The notes below the pieces were generated by a model. It saw only the letters and a program-made list of their open reading frames with translations, was not told where the DNA came from and ran no database searches. A stretch of 64,000 nucleotides of DNA from assembly GCA_021774445.1 (NCBI GenBank), contig JAJFJA010000056.1, positions 18,347 to 82,346 of the forward strand, written 5' to 3'. The translations under genes were made by a program, and so were the position numbers. The DNA comes from Alphaproteobacteria bacterium (GTDB taxonomy: Bacteria; Pseudomonadota; Alphaproteobacteria; UBA6615). How positions within the stretch are numbered: the stretch's first letter is position 1; every line of letters starts with the position of its first letter. Shown piece by piece: positions 48,066 to 57,742 of the stretch.

Positions 48066-48346
48066 TTGGAATTGTCGTCCTGGGGAGGCTGAATGCCGGT
48101 CTCGATCACGGTTTCGCGGGTGGGGCTCAAGAGGATGAGATGTTCGACGCCGTCACGACGGATCAGGGCGAGCCGGCGCTTGGGGTCGACGGGCGCGAAT
48201 TCGACGACGCCGATGCGGCCGCCACCGATGCCGGTCGCGGCCCGCATGCCCATGCCATAGCGGCGCAGGAGCCATGAAAGGCCGGCGATCAGCGCCAGGA
48301 CGAAGGCGAAGGCGCCGAGGAAACGGAAAATACCGATAATGTCCAT
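48062..48346 (-). CDS. fliO: Flagellar biosynthesis protein FliO
   Basis: 94 aa with one TM segment (FAFVLALIAGLSWLLRR) and the region VVEFAPVDPKRRLALIRRDGVEHLILLSP, typical of FliO. 4-nt overlap with fliP. Confidence 0.75.
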   Translation of the reverse strand: MDIIGIFRFLGAFAFVLALIAGLSWLLRRYGMGMRAATGIGGGRIGVVEFAPVDPKRRLALIRRDGVEHLILLSPTRETVIETGIQPPQDDNSK

Positions 48347-48362
48347 AAGTTCGGAGAGTTGG

Positions 48363-48647
48363 CTATTCGGCCGCTTCTTCCGGCACGATCGTGGCGTCTG
48401 CCGCCGCTTTGGTTTCTTCGAGGTCGTCCCTGGCCGCGTTCAGGCGGTCCAAGAGTGTGACGAGTTCGCGCTTGATTTCCTGAAGATCCGCTTCCGGCAG
48501 GGCTAATGCCGCCTTGCAGGCATGGTCGATGGTGCCGTTGAAATTTTGCAGATCCATCGGCTCGCCATTGGCGACCGAGGTATTGAATTCATCCACCAGG
48601 CGGTTGGCCTCGGCCAACATCCCTTTGGCCGTCTCAAGTGCGCTCAT
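48363..48647 (-). CDS. Hypothetical protein in the flhB-like/fliOP operon
   Basis: Start chosen at MSALETAKG (94 aa). A helical, acidic C-terminus. No recognised motif. Confidence 0.4.
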   Translation of the reverse strand: MSALETAKGMLAEANRLVDEFNTSVANGEPMDLQNFNGTIDHACKAALALPEADLQEIKRELVTLLDRLNAARDDLEETKAAADATIVPEEAAE

Positions 48648-48654
48648 TGGGCTC

Positions 48655-48993
48655 TCATTTTGTTTCCGTGTGGGCAGTCGTGTTGGGCGTCTGGTTCGCG
48701 GCATTGGCGCGGTAGATGTAGCTGAGTATTTCGGCCACGGTCGCCAAGGCCTCTAGAGGAACCTCGCTATCGATCTCGACAGCTTCGAGTATCTCGATCA
48801 GATCCGCGTCTTCGCGCACCTTGACGCCGGTCGCGAAGGCGAGCTGCAAGATCTGCTCCGCCACACCACCCTGGCCTTTGGCAACCAGGCGGGGCTGGCT
48901 GCTGCCGGTCGGGTCGTGTTTAACGGCCACCGCGGACGAACGGGGCTCGCGCCGCTTATGGCCGCCTTCGGCGGCAAGGGTCGATTCGGTCAA
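48655..48993 (-). CDS. Stand-alone FlhB C-terminal-domain-like protein (EscU/YscU/FlhB-type export switch paralog)
   Basis: VAKGQGGVAEQILQLAFATGVKVREDADLIEILEAVEIDSEVPLEALATVAEILSYIY matches the FlhB cytoplasmic C-domain pattern (KG.G..A..I...A...G.P..ED..LA..L......IP.EL...VAEIL). Confidence 0.6.
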   Translation of the reverse strand: MTESTLAAEGGHKRREPRSSAVAVKHDPTGSSQPRLVAKGQGGVAEQILQLAFATGVKVREDADLIEILEAVEIDSEVPLEALATVAEILSYIYRANAANQTPNTTAHTETK

Positions 48994-49331
48994 CTCGATT
49001 CCTCATCTTGCGGCCACGCGTGACCGGCAAGGCTTGAGGATCGGTAATCTTGGTTAATATCGGATGAAGAAAGCGAGCGGATCGCATCAATGGAACGACG
49101 AGCGGTCAGTAGGCGATGCGCTGATCGCAGAGGGATTGGTTAGGCTCCACGCCGTAGCACGCCGCAAGGCGGAGCGCCATGTGGGGTTTTGTTGGAGGCT
49201 CCACCTCACGCTGAGCCGTCACCCTTCGGAGTGGCCGCCTTTTTTATGCCCGAAAGTACCTTGGCGTATTTTCACCGCAGCATAGGTCCACATTCGACGC
49301 TCAAAAAAAGGCGCGATCGTCGACCCGTCGT

Positions 49332-49682
49332 TCAGCGTCCGGGCCCGCCCGATTCGAGCCCCGGATGTTCGTACGGTTCGCCGAAGTTCTCGTTGTTAGG
49401 GACATCGCGGTCGTCGCGGTTAGCAAAAGTAGCCTGGGTGTTGCCGCCGCTAGACAGTCCCGACGCACCTTCGCCAATGCCGAAACCGGCAGCAGCGCCG
49501 TCCGGCGGGTCGTTAGCCCACGGGCCGGGCGAAATCGACGGTATTACGCCGGGGCGGGTCTCGGCCTCGTTGGTTGTATTGCCCAGTACGTCTTGAATCA
49601 GATTAGCTGTATCGCTCTGTGCAAAGGCAGTCGCGGACGCGAACAACGCCGCTGCGGCGAACGCGAACATTAGTTTCCGCAT
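49332..49682 (-). CDS. Small secreted glycine/proline-rich protein (hypothetical)
   Basis: 116 aa with a signal peptide MRKLMFAFAAAALFASATAFAQ and Gly-rich low-complexity stretches. Confidence 0.45.
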   Translation of the reverse strand: MRKLMFAFAAAALFASATAFAQSDTANLIQDVLGNTTNEAETRPGVIPSISPGPWANDPPDGAAAGFGIGEGASGLSSGGNTQATFANRDDRDVPNNENFGEPYEHPGLESGGPGR

Positions 49683-50056
49683 GGCAAACCCCTCGCTTCA
49701 TTCTCATACCACTGATTTAGTTTTGCTAATCCCAGAATTGGTTAATATCTTCATCTCTCGCGCGTCTTTTCTGATTAGTCAAGCCTCTACCTCATCAATT
49801 TTCGCCGCGAGGTTATTTGCCTCCAAGGAAAAGGCCAACCTCACACCGGCGGCCAAGGCGTTTCAACTGCAGGCAAGTTCAACATTTTGCTCGCGCAGTT
49901 CGATGTCTACGCCAACCAGCCGTTCTGCAATAAAGACCGAACCGTGGCCTGAGCTGATACTGAGGTGGTCATCAAGGTCGAGGAATTGGCTGCGAAAGCG
50001 GTCGCGGAGCTGGAGCCAGCGAAACGGGCTGCAATCAATGGGGCGCCCGATATCGG

Positions 50057-51175
50057 CTATTTGCTGCGGACGAGGAATTTCTCGACGGTTTGCATGTTCG
50101 GCTCGAAACCGAGACCGGGCTCGTCGGGTACCGCCATGTAGCCGTCCTGCATCTTGAACGGGTTGCGCGCGAGGTTGCGGGAGATCTCCGACGGCTCGAC
50201 GCAATATTCCAGGACCAGCGCATTGGGGATGGCGGCCAGGAAGTGCAGGGAGGCGGCGGTATTGATGTCGGTGGTGAAATTGTGGTTGGCGACGAGAACA
50301 CCGCGGCTGTGGGCATAATCGGCGATGCGCATGGCCTGGGTCAGGCCGCAGCGGGTCAGGTCGATTTGGGCAAGCTGGATACCGCCTTCGTCGATCAGCC
50401 GGCTGAAGCCGCGCAGAGTGCATTCTTCCTCGCCGGCGGCGAGGCGCTGGGTGATGGCTGTGCTCACCCGGCCATAGCCGGCTAGATCGTCGGGATGCAA
50501 CGGCTCCTCGATCCAGAACAGGTCGAATGGTTCAAAATGGCGGGCGCGGTGAATGGTGGTGGTGGCATCCCAGATCAGGCCAACGTCAAGCATGAGATCG
50601 AAGTTGTCGCCGGCGGCCCGGCGCATGGCTTCGAGATAGGCACAGTCGGACTTTAGATCCTTACCGAACGGCTCCCAGCCGAATTTGGCGGCGGTGAAGC
50701 CGTTATCTTTGGCCTTGCGCACGCGATCGGCCGTTGCTTCCGGCGTAAATTGAAACATGTTGGAGGAATAGACCCGGAGCTTGTCGCGGAAGCGGCCGCC
50801 GAGCAGCTTCCAGACCGGTTGTTCAAGCGCCTTGCCCTTGATGTCCCAGAGAGCGAGGTCGATGCCGGCCATCGCCTGGATCACGGCACCCTCGCGGCCG
50901 TAGTAGAGCGTGGATTGGTACATCTTGTGCCAAAGACGGGTCGTGTCCAGGGGATCTTCGCCGATTAACAAGGTGCGCAACCCGGTCACCAGGGTATGGG
51001 ACATTGGCGCCTCGATGATCGCCTTGGCGACGGCGGGGCAACCATCGACCTCACCCCAACCGGTGACCCCGGCGTCGGTCTCGATGCGGATCAACAAGGC
51101 GTCCTGGGAGCTGTCGGTGCGCGCCTGGATCTCGGGCAATCTTAGGTAGAGCGCCTGGACATCGACGATTCGCAT
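50057..51175 (-). CDS. Enolase-superfamily (mandelate racemase/muconate lactonizing enzyme family) sugar-acid dehydratase
   Basis: Start chosen at MRIVDVQALYL, and the coordinate is approximate to within 1-2 nt. N-terminal capping domain (LIRIETDAGVTGWGE) and barrel motifs (LMLDVGLIWD, WIEEP). Confidence 0.75.
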   Translation of the reverse strand: MRIVDVQALYLRLPEIQARTDSSQDALLIRIETDAGVTGWGEVDGCPAVAKAIIEAPMSHTLVTGLRTLLIGEDPLDTTRLWHKMYQSTLYYGREGAVIQAMAGIDLALWDIKGKALEQPVWKLLGGRFRDKLRVYSSNMFQFTPEATADRVRKAKDNGFTAAKFGWEPFGKDLKSDCAYLEAMRRAAGDNFDLMLDVGLIWDATTTIHRARHFEPFDLFWIEEPLHPDDLAGYGRVSTAITQRLAAGEEECTLRGFSRLIDEGGIQLAQIDLTRCGLTQAMRIADYAHSRGVLVANHNFTTDINTAASLHFLAAIPNALVLEYCVEPSEISRNLARNPFKMQDGYMAVPDEPGLGFEPNMQTVEKFLVRSK

Positions 51176-51224
51176 TGCGTAGACCTTTATGCAGCCGTGG
51201 CGATACGACCCGGGGGCGCCGCGT

Positions 51225-52466
51225 TCAGCGGCCACCACAGAGTCGGTAGAGGGCATTTTGCAGCAGCGGAATGGACGCGCCTAGTATCTCGTCCGCCGGG
51301 CCCGGTCGGCCGACACGAATGTCGATGCTCGATGGCGCATGGGCGGGCATGTTGGCGCGAAACTCTTCGATGAACTGATGAAACAGCGTCTCGTTCTGGG
51401 CAAATGGCCCGGTCAGAACCAGCCGATGAGGAAACAAGGTCACGACCAGATTGCGGAGCGCCAGGGCCATTTCGCTGGTCGCTTGTGCCAAAGCGGGGAC
51501 GTTGGTGATATCGTGATCCCGCAAGAATGTTTCGAAACTCCATTCCTCCGCGGGCGCGTCGGGGAAGACCTCCCGTATCCGCGGGAGCAGCGCCCACAAG
51601 GCCGCCTTGGTCTCGAGACAACCCGCCTGGCCACACAGACATCGCGTGGTGGGTCCGGTCGCGACAGTCCAATGCCCGATCTCGCCAAAACTGCCGCTGC
51701 CGATGATCTGTCCATTTAGCGCAAATGCCGCACCGATCCCGTAGCCCCAGTGGACGACGAGCGTGCCGCCCTGTCGCTCATTGGCCCGCCGGGCCAGACG
51801 CGCCCGCAGTTCGCTATTCAATCCCTTGTTGATGGTCACCGGAATACCGAGGTCTCGCGCCAGGCCGGCGAGCTTCATGTTGGTCATTTTTGGCCAACGG
51901 GAGGTGGCGTGCACCCAGCGCTGTGTTTCGCTATCGACGATTCCGGGCAGGGAGAACGCGACCCCGACGATCTCCGTCGCGGCGGGCGCTTGCTGCTGCA
52001 GCGTTCGGATCAGCTCACTGAACAGGGTCAGAAGTCCAGTATTGTCGGCCTGCGTCGGCTCGACGACGATCCGGTGCTCGCACAAGGCGCGTCCCGCCAA
52101 ATCTACGAGTACCGCTCGTACTTCGCGCGAGATGACGTGCACCACGATGACGCCGATACGCTCGAAGACCGGCCGCAGCAAGATTTCCGGCCGGCCCTGC
52201 GTATAGGGTGGGCGGGGCCGCTCTTCGATGGTCAGGCCCAGATCAATCAGCTCCAGGACTAGGGCCGATACGGTGCCTGGACGGATGCCGTGCGACTCAA
52301 CGAGGCGCTTGCGGGTGACCGGCCCGCCACCGCTGATGTCAAGGAACAGCCGGCCCTTACGGCACGCCGGACTGGGCGCGCCGCCAGCATCGCTGAACAG
52401 ACCCGCATATTCCGCGCACATCAGCGCTGCCTGGTCATCCACCGGTGGGAGTTCACCTCGGATCAT
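51225..52466 (-). CDS. ROK-family transcriptional regulator (NagC/Mlc-like)
   Basis: N-terminal wHTH (TRKRLVESHGIRPGTVSALVLEL), a ROK sugar-kinase-like fold, and a zinc motif GHWTVATGPTTRCLCGQAGCLET. The true start may lie downstream of the track start. Confidence 0.75.
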   Translation of the reverse strand: MIRGELPPVDDQAALMCAEYAGLFSDAGGAPSPACRKGRLFLDISGGGPVTRKRLVESHGIRPGTVSALVLELIDLGLTIEERPRPPYTQGRPEILLRPVFERIGVIVVHVISREVRAVLVDLAGRALCEHRIVVEPTQADNTGLLTLFSELIRTLQQQAPAATEIVGVAFSLPGIVDSETQRWVHATSRWPKMTNMKLAGLARDLGIPVTINKGLNSELRARLARRANERQGGTLVVHWGYGIGAAFALNGQIIGSGSFGEIGHWTVATGPTTRCLCGQAGCLETKAALWALLPRIREVFPDAPAEEWSFETFLRDHDITNVPALAQATSEMALALRNLVVTLFPHRLVLTGPFAQNETLFHQFIEEFRANMPAHAPSSIDIRVGRPGPADEILGASIPLLQNALYRLCGGR

Positions 52467-52594
52467 AGCTACCTCAATGAGGGGGCAACTAAATTGTCGA
52501 AAGTCGCTTGCATCAGGTATATATTATGTTTCTCGACACATGGTGTCTTTAATGTTAACACAGGATATTAAATTGGTGGAGTGGTCCGCGGCCG

Positions 52595-53368
52595 ATGATC
52601 GTTGACGTCTCGCTAAGCTCACAAGATCTGGGTCAAAAGGCGGCTCGGATCGGCGCGATGCAAATCCGAGAAGCCATCGCGGCGCGGGGCGAGGCGCGTA
52701 TCATCCTCGCTACCGGGGCGAGCCAGTTTGAGACCATGGGCTTTCTGGTCGCAGAACCCGGGATCGCCTGGGCTAAAGTGACGGCCTTTCATTTGGATGA
52801 ATATCTCGACCTCCCCGAGACCCACGCGGCGAGTTTTCGGCGCTATCTGAAGTCGCGCTTTGTCGATCAGGTCGAGGATTTGGGCGATTTCGTCTTTATC
52901 GAAGGGGATGCGGCCGATACCGAGGCGGAAATCGCTAGGGTATCCGATCGTATCGCCGCGCATGATATCGACGTGGCGTTCGTCGGCATCGGGGAGAATG
53001 GCCATCTGGCTTTCAACGATCCACCGGCTGATTTCGACACGACCGACCCCTACATCGTGGTTGAGCTGGACGACCAATGCCGCCGGCAGCAATTAAACGA
53101 AGGATGGTTCTCGGATATTTCGGAAGTGCCCAAACGGGCGATTTCCATGAGTATCGGCCAGATCCTCAAGAGCAAAACGATCGTTTGTGCGGTTCCCGAC
53201 GCCCGCAAGGCGGATGCAGTCAAGGAAGCCGTGGAGGGCCCGGTCACCAACCGCTGCCCGGCTTCGATTTTGCAGACCCATGGCGGGACACATTTGCTGC
53301 TGGATCAGCAATCGGTAGCGACGCTCAATCCGGACCGGTTGGCTGAGCTCTTGGGAGCTGCCTCGTGA
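52595..53368 (+). CDS. nagB: Glucosamine-6-phosphate deaminase NagB
   Basis: 257 aa with [16 protein letters not shown] and [16 protein letters not shown], which are the signatures of the NagB/6-phosphogluconolactonase fold. Confidence 0.85.
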   Translation: MIVDVSLSSQDLGQKAARIGAMQIREAIAARGEARIILATGASQFETMGFLVAEPGIAWAKVTAFHLDEYLDLPETHAASFRRYLKSRFVDQVEDLGDFVFIEGDAADTEAEIARVSDRIAAHDIDVAFVGIGENGHLAFNDPPADFDTTDPYIVVELDDQCRRQQLNEGWFSDISEVPKRAISMSIGQILKSKTIVCAVPDARKADAVKEAVEGPVTNRCPASILQTHGGTHLLLDQQSVATLNPDRLAELLGAAS

Positions 53369-54570
53369 AAGCGCAGCGAAGAACCGATAGAGACGTCTTG
53401 GTATGTACCGGCGGCGCGAATGGCCGAGACGTAAGGTATGAGATTGGTGTGGACGGGCGTGTGACCCAGGCGACGCCGCTCGTCGGCGCGAAGAAAAGCG
53501 AAAATGGCGTGGTGACCCCCGGCCTGGTGGATATCCAAGTCAACGGGTTCGCGGGTGTCGACTTCAACGCGCCCGGCGTCACGGCCGAGCGGCTGGATGT
53601 CGCCTTGTCCGCAATGCTGTCCAGTGGGGTGACGCGTTGCCTGCCGACGCTCATCACCGCGAGCGAGGCGGAGCTGATCGGGCTGCTGCAGGCGCTCGAT
53701 GCCGCGGTATCGGCGAGTGTGCTGGGGGCGCTCATGGTGCCCGGCTACCACATCGAGGGGCCATTTCTATCACCGCAGGACGGCTATGCGGGCGCGCATC
53801 CGGCGGACCGGATGCGCAGTGCCTCGCGGGAGCTGGTGCAGCGGCTGGAGGCGGTTACGACGAGACCGTTATTGATGATGACGGTCGCGCCTGAAGTGCC
53901 CGGCGTGCTCGATCTCATTCCCTTTCTCATTGCTCGGGGCATCTCCTGTGCGATCGGCCATACGGCCGCTTCGCGCGACGCGATCGACCAGGCGATCGAG
54001 GCTGGTGCAAGTGTTTCCACGCATTTGGGGAACGGGCTGCCCCATATGCTTAACAAGAACGGGAATTCGTTCCTGTTTCAGCTGGGCCGCGACCAACTGA
54101 TGGCAAGTTTCATTGCCGATGGAGTTCACATCGCAAGTGACGTCCTGCAATCATGGCTGCGGGCGAAAACGATCGACCGGTCAATTTTGGTCACGGATGC
54201 GTCTGCGGCTGCCGGGGCGCCCGAAGACACCCGAGAGTTCACCTTGGGCGCCGGCGCGATCGAGCGTCACGCCGACGGATCGGTGCGGTTGCCCGGGTCG
54301 AATTATCTTGCCGGGTCGGCCGCGAGCATGGACAAAATGGTGCGCAACGTCATGCGTTGGTATGGTTTGACGATCGGTGAGGTACTGCAACTGGCGAGAG
54401 AAAACCCGGCACGGGCCGCGGGGCTGCCGGTCGCTGAAATTGGTGCGAACGATGCGGCGGATTTTGTCGAATGGGGCTCGCGTGACGGTGAATTGTACGT
54501 CCGCAGGACGCATATCGGCCCGTGGATCTTGCGATCAGAGGGCGAAAACGCCGCCATGAAGTCAGCCTGA
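53365..54570 (+). CDS. nagA: N-acetylglucosamine-6-phosphate deacetylase NagA
   Basis: GTG start overlapping the nagB stop. Contains [16 protein letters not shown] and the later His/Asp metal ligands ([16 protein letters not shown]). Confidence 0.85.
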   Translation: MKAQRRTDRDVLVCTGGANGRDVRYEIGVDGRVTQATPLVGAKKSENGVVTPGLVDIQVNGFAGVDFNAPGVTAERLDVALSAMLSSGVTRCLPTLITASEAELIGLLQALDAAVSASVLGALMVPGYHIEGPFLSPQDGYAGAHPADRMRSASRELVQRLEAVTTRPLLMMTVAPEVPGVLDLIPFLIARGISCAIGHTAASRDAIDQAIEAGASVSTHLGNGLPHMLNKNGNSFLFQLGRDQLMASFIADGVHIASDVLQSWLRAKTIDRSILVTDASAAAGAPEDTREFTLGAGAIERHADGSVRLPGSNYLAGSAASMDKMVRNVMRWYGLTIGEVLQLARENPARAAGLPVAEIGANDAADFVEWGSRDGELYVRRTHIGPWILRSEGENAAMKSA

Positions 54571-54643
54571 CGACAAAACAGGAAAGCAGCGATAGAGTTC
54601 GGTTCTGGCTAACAAGAATGACAATCTTCACGGAGGAAGAAAG

Positions 54644-56587
54644 ATGAAGGCTAGTCTAAGATATCAATCCAATTGGGTCGGCGGTGTAGCCCTGGCCCTC
54701 GGATTAGCGATTGCCGCGCCGCACGCGGTGTTGGCGCAGCAGTATAGTGAGGCACCGACATTGGCCGCCTTGGTTTCGGCCGGCAGCTTGCCGCCGGTGG
54801 CGGAACGCCTGCCCGCCGAGCCGTTGGTACAGGATGTGACCGAGGCTATCGGCAGCTATGGCGGTGTCTTGCGCCGCGGCTTCTTGGGCCCGGGCGACCA
54901 CAACAACTACACCCGGGTTGCCTACGATGCGCTAGCAAGGCACGCACCGGATGGCAGTGAGGTCATTCCGCATGTGGCCAAGGGTTGGGAATCGAACGAT
55001 GATTTCACCCAGTGGACAGTCAATCTGCGCGCAGGAATGAAATGGTCCGATGGTGAGCCATTCACCGCCGACGATATCGTGTTCTGGTATGAGTCCATCC
55101 TGCAGAATGCGGAACTGATCCCGAATGTCCCGAGCTGGATGCAGAACGCCGATGGCTCAGTGGTAAAACTTGAGAAGCTTAGCGACACCTCCGTACGCTG
55201 GAGTTACCAGCAGCCGAATACAGCCTTTTTGCTGGATTTGGCGAATAAGGATGGTGCCGACAAGTCGATCAACAATCTGGCCTATGCCCCGGCCCACTAT
55301 CTAAAGCAGTTCCATCCTGATTTCGCGGACGCGGCGGCCTTGCAGGCCAAAGTGGATGCGTCCGGATTCGATACTTGGACACAGCTTTTTGGGGTCGAGG
55401 CCTTGCCTCATCTCAGCGGTAATCGCCCGAGCACGGCCGCGTGGGTCCCGAGGGGCAGCACCGTTGCTGACCAGACCTTTGTCATCGAGCGGAACCCGTA
55501 CTATTTCGCCGTCGACGCGGAGGGTAACCAACTGCCTTATCTCGACGAGGTTCGGTTCACATTCTTTGCCGACAAGGAGACATTGAATCTTGCCGCGGTT
55601 GGCGGCGAGATCGATATGCAGGGCCGTCACATCGCCATGAGCAATTTCCCGGTCCTGACGGAAAATGCCGAGAAGGGCGGTTATCGGGTGGTCACCTATC
55701 CGACGTTCGGTGGTTCCGACGCGGTCTTGATGTTCAATCAGACCTATGACGACGATCCGGCAATCGGCGAGGTCCTGCGGAACAAGGACGTCCGCATTGC
55801 GCTGTCGCACGCGATCGATCGCGAAGCCATCAAGGAATTGGCGTTCTTGGGTATTGGTGAGGCCCGTCAAGGCGTGCCCGCACCGTTCCATCCCTACTAT
55901 CCGGGCGATGAGTACGCGTTCAAATACACCCAGCTCGATACCGCGAAGGCCGACGAGCTTCTCGATGGTGCCGGCTTGTCCGCACGGGATGGCGACGGCT
56001 TCCGCTTAGGGCCGACCGGTGAACGGCTCGACTTGGAAGTTGGCGTGGTGCCGGCCTTCGCAAGCTGGGGCGACATCGGCCAGTTGATCGTTGAGGATTG
56101 GGCCGAGGTGGGCGTGCGTGCCCATGTCGAGATTCGCGAGCGGACGCCACATTTCGCGATGCGCGATACCAACGATCTACAGATCGAAATCTGGAACGAG
56201 GACACCACCGGATTTCCGTTCAGCGGTGAACCGAAGATGGATCCGCGCAGTACGGTTAGCCTGACGTTGGCACCCCTGGTGCGTGAGTGGGTTAACAGCA
56301 ATGGTGCCAGTGGTGTCGCGCCGACACCGGAGTTGCAACGGGTGATGGACATCATCGACGAAGCCAAGCTTTCCGGCCGCGAGCGTCAGATCGAATTGGC
56401 TCAAGAGCTGTTCCGGATCTGGGCCGACAATGTTTGGGAGGTCGGTACGGTTGGCCTGACACCGATGGTTCAGGGTGTCGTCGTGGTCAACGAGAACCTG
56501 AGGAACGTTGCAGAGGTGGCGGGCAACGATTGGCCGCTGCGGACACCGGGCAACACCCGGCCCGAGCAGTTCTTCTATGCTCAGTAG
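54644..56587 (+). CDS. ABC transporter substrate-binding protein, family 5 (Dpp/Opp-type; peptide or chito-oligosaccharide)
   Basis: 647 aa with a signal peptide (GGVALALGLAIAAPHAVLA). The size and composition are those of an SBP_bac_5 protein. Confidence 0.8.
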   Translation: MKASLRYQSNWVGGVALALGLAIAAPHAVLAQQYSEAPTLAALVSAGSLPPVAERLPAEPLVQDVTEAIGSYGGVLRRGFLGPGDHNNYTRVAYDALARHAPDGSEVIPHVAKGWESNDDFTQWTVNLRAGMKWSDGEPFTADDIVFWYESILQNAELIPNVPSWMQNADGSVVKLEKLSDTSVRWSYQQPNTAFLLDLANKDGADKSINNLAYAPAHYLKQFHPDFADAAALQAKVDASGFDTWTQLFGVEALPHLSGNRPSTAAWVPRGSTVADQTFVIERNPYYFAVDAEGNQLPYLDEVRFTFFADKETLNLAAVGGEIDMQGRHIAMSNFPVLTENAEKGGYRVVTYPTFGGSDAVLMFNQTYDDDPAIGEVLRNKDVRIALSHAIDREAIKELAFLGIGEARQGVPAPFHPYYPGDEYAFKYTQLDTAKADELLDGAGLSARDGDGFRLGPTGERLDLEVGVVPAFASWGDIGQLIVEDWAEVGVRAHVEIRERTPHFAMRDTNDLQIEIWNEDTTGFPFSGEPKMDPRSTVSLTLAPLVREWVNSNGASGVAPTPELQRVMDIIDEAKLSGRERQIELAQELFRIWADNVWEVGTVGLTPMVQGVVVVNENLRNVAEVAGNDWPLRTPGNTRPEQFFYAQ

Positions 56588-56676
56588 AGTCTGAGGTAGA
56601 GAGGTAGGTTATGTCGGTGCTGGCTCTTCGCGGGCGGGCGTAAAGCGCGCGCGAGCCGGCACCGAAGCAATCTCGA

Positions 56677-56716
56677 CACCCCCTTGTCCGGTCTTGCAAG
56701 ATCGGGCAGGGGGGTG
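56677..56716. repeat. Imperfect 40-bp palindrome between the SBP and first permease genes
   Basis: cacccccttgtccggtcttgc / gcaagatcgggcaggggggtg. It is a probable inter-cistronic stem-loop or attenuator. Confidence 0.5.
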
Positions 56717-56747
56717 ACATTGTCCGGTTGGCTGATCTGTCGGGGAG

Positions 56748-57740
56748 ATGATGCTCGTATATATCGTCAAGCGGTTGTTGCTTTTGCCCCTGCTTCTGCT
56801 GGTTTTTTCGGTTATTGCCTTCATTCTCATTCAGGCGCCGCCGGGCGACTTCGTGACCAGCTATGTGGCCGAACTCGCGGCTTCCGGCTCTTCAATGGAT
56901 CGGCTGCAGATTGACGCGCTGCGCGAGTTGTACGGCCTCGACCGCCCAGGTTATGTGCAATATTTCAAGTGGCTCACGCGGATGCTGCAAGGGGACCTGG
57001 GCGTTTCACTTGATTTTCAGAAGCCGATCTCCGAACTGATCGGGCAACGGTTACTGCTTACCGTCATTCTCGGTCTATCGACATTCCTGTTCACTTTTGC
57101 CGTGGCGATTCCCATCGGCACGATTTCGGCAACGCGGCAGTATTCGTTCTTCGATTATTTCTTCACGGTGTTCAACTATGTCGGCGTCGCGACACCGACT
57201 TTCATGACCGCCCTGATCTTGATGTGGCTGGCATTCTCGAAGCTCGGCATCACGATAACCGGTCTGTTCTCCCCAGAGTTTGCCGACGAGCCCTGGAGCT
57301 TCGCCAGGACAGTGGATCTGGGCAAGCATATTTGGCTGCCCATCGTCATCTTGGGCATGGATGGCACCGCCCGTCTGGCGCGCATACTCAGAGCGAACCT
57401 GCTGGACGAACTGAACAAGCCCTACATGGAAATGGCACGCGCCAAAGGCATGCCGGAGTGGCGGCTTATCATGAAATATCCGGTGCGGTTGGCGATCAAC
57501 CCGCTGGTCAGCAGCCTGGGCTGGTACCTGCCGCTGATTTTCTCAGGCAGCTTGATCGTGGCCACGGTTCTGAACCTGCCGACGATCGGACCACTGCTGC
57601 TGCGTTCGCTGATCGGTCAGGACATGTTTCTAGCGGGGGCTATTGTGCTCTCCTATTTCGGGCTGGCTGTTATCGGCACGCTGCTTTCCGACATCTTGCT
57701 TGCCTGGCTCGATCCTCGGATCCGCATGGAGGAGGCATAG
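56748..57740 (+). CDS. ABC transporter permease (DppB/OppB-like)
   Basis: 330 aa with an N-terminal TM segment, a large periplasmic loop and an EAA-like region (ELNKPYMEMARAKGMPEWRLIMKY). Confidence 0.85.
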   Translation: MMLVYIVKRLLLLPLLLLVFSVIAFILIQAPPGDFVTSYVAELAASGSSMDRLQIDALRELYGLDRPGYVQYFKWLTRMLQGDLGVSLDFQKPISELIGQRLLLTVILGLSTFLFTFAVAIPIGTISATRQYSFFDYFFTVFNYVGVATPTFMTALILMWLAFSKLGITITGLFSPEFADEPWSFARTVDLGKHIWLPIVILGMDGTARLARILRANLLDELNKPYMEMARAKGMPEWRLIMKYPVRLAINPLVSSLGWYLPLIFSGSLIVATVLNLPTIGPLLLRSLIGQDMFLAGAIVLSYFGLAVIGTLLSDILLAWLDPRIRMEEA

Positions 57741-57742
57741 TC

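Noticed and set aside
49064-49285. 73-aa plus-strand ORF in the gap upstream of the flhB-like operon
   Set aside because: It has poor coding composition (Trp/Arg/His-rich) with no motif, and is likely spurious. The region is more plausibly promoter DNA for the divergent minus-strand operon.
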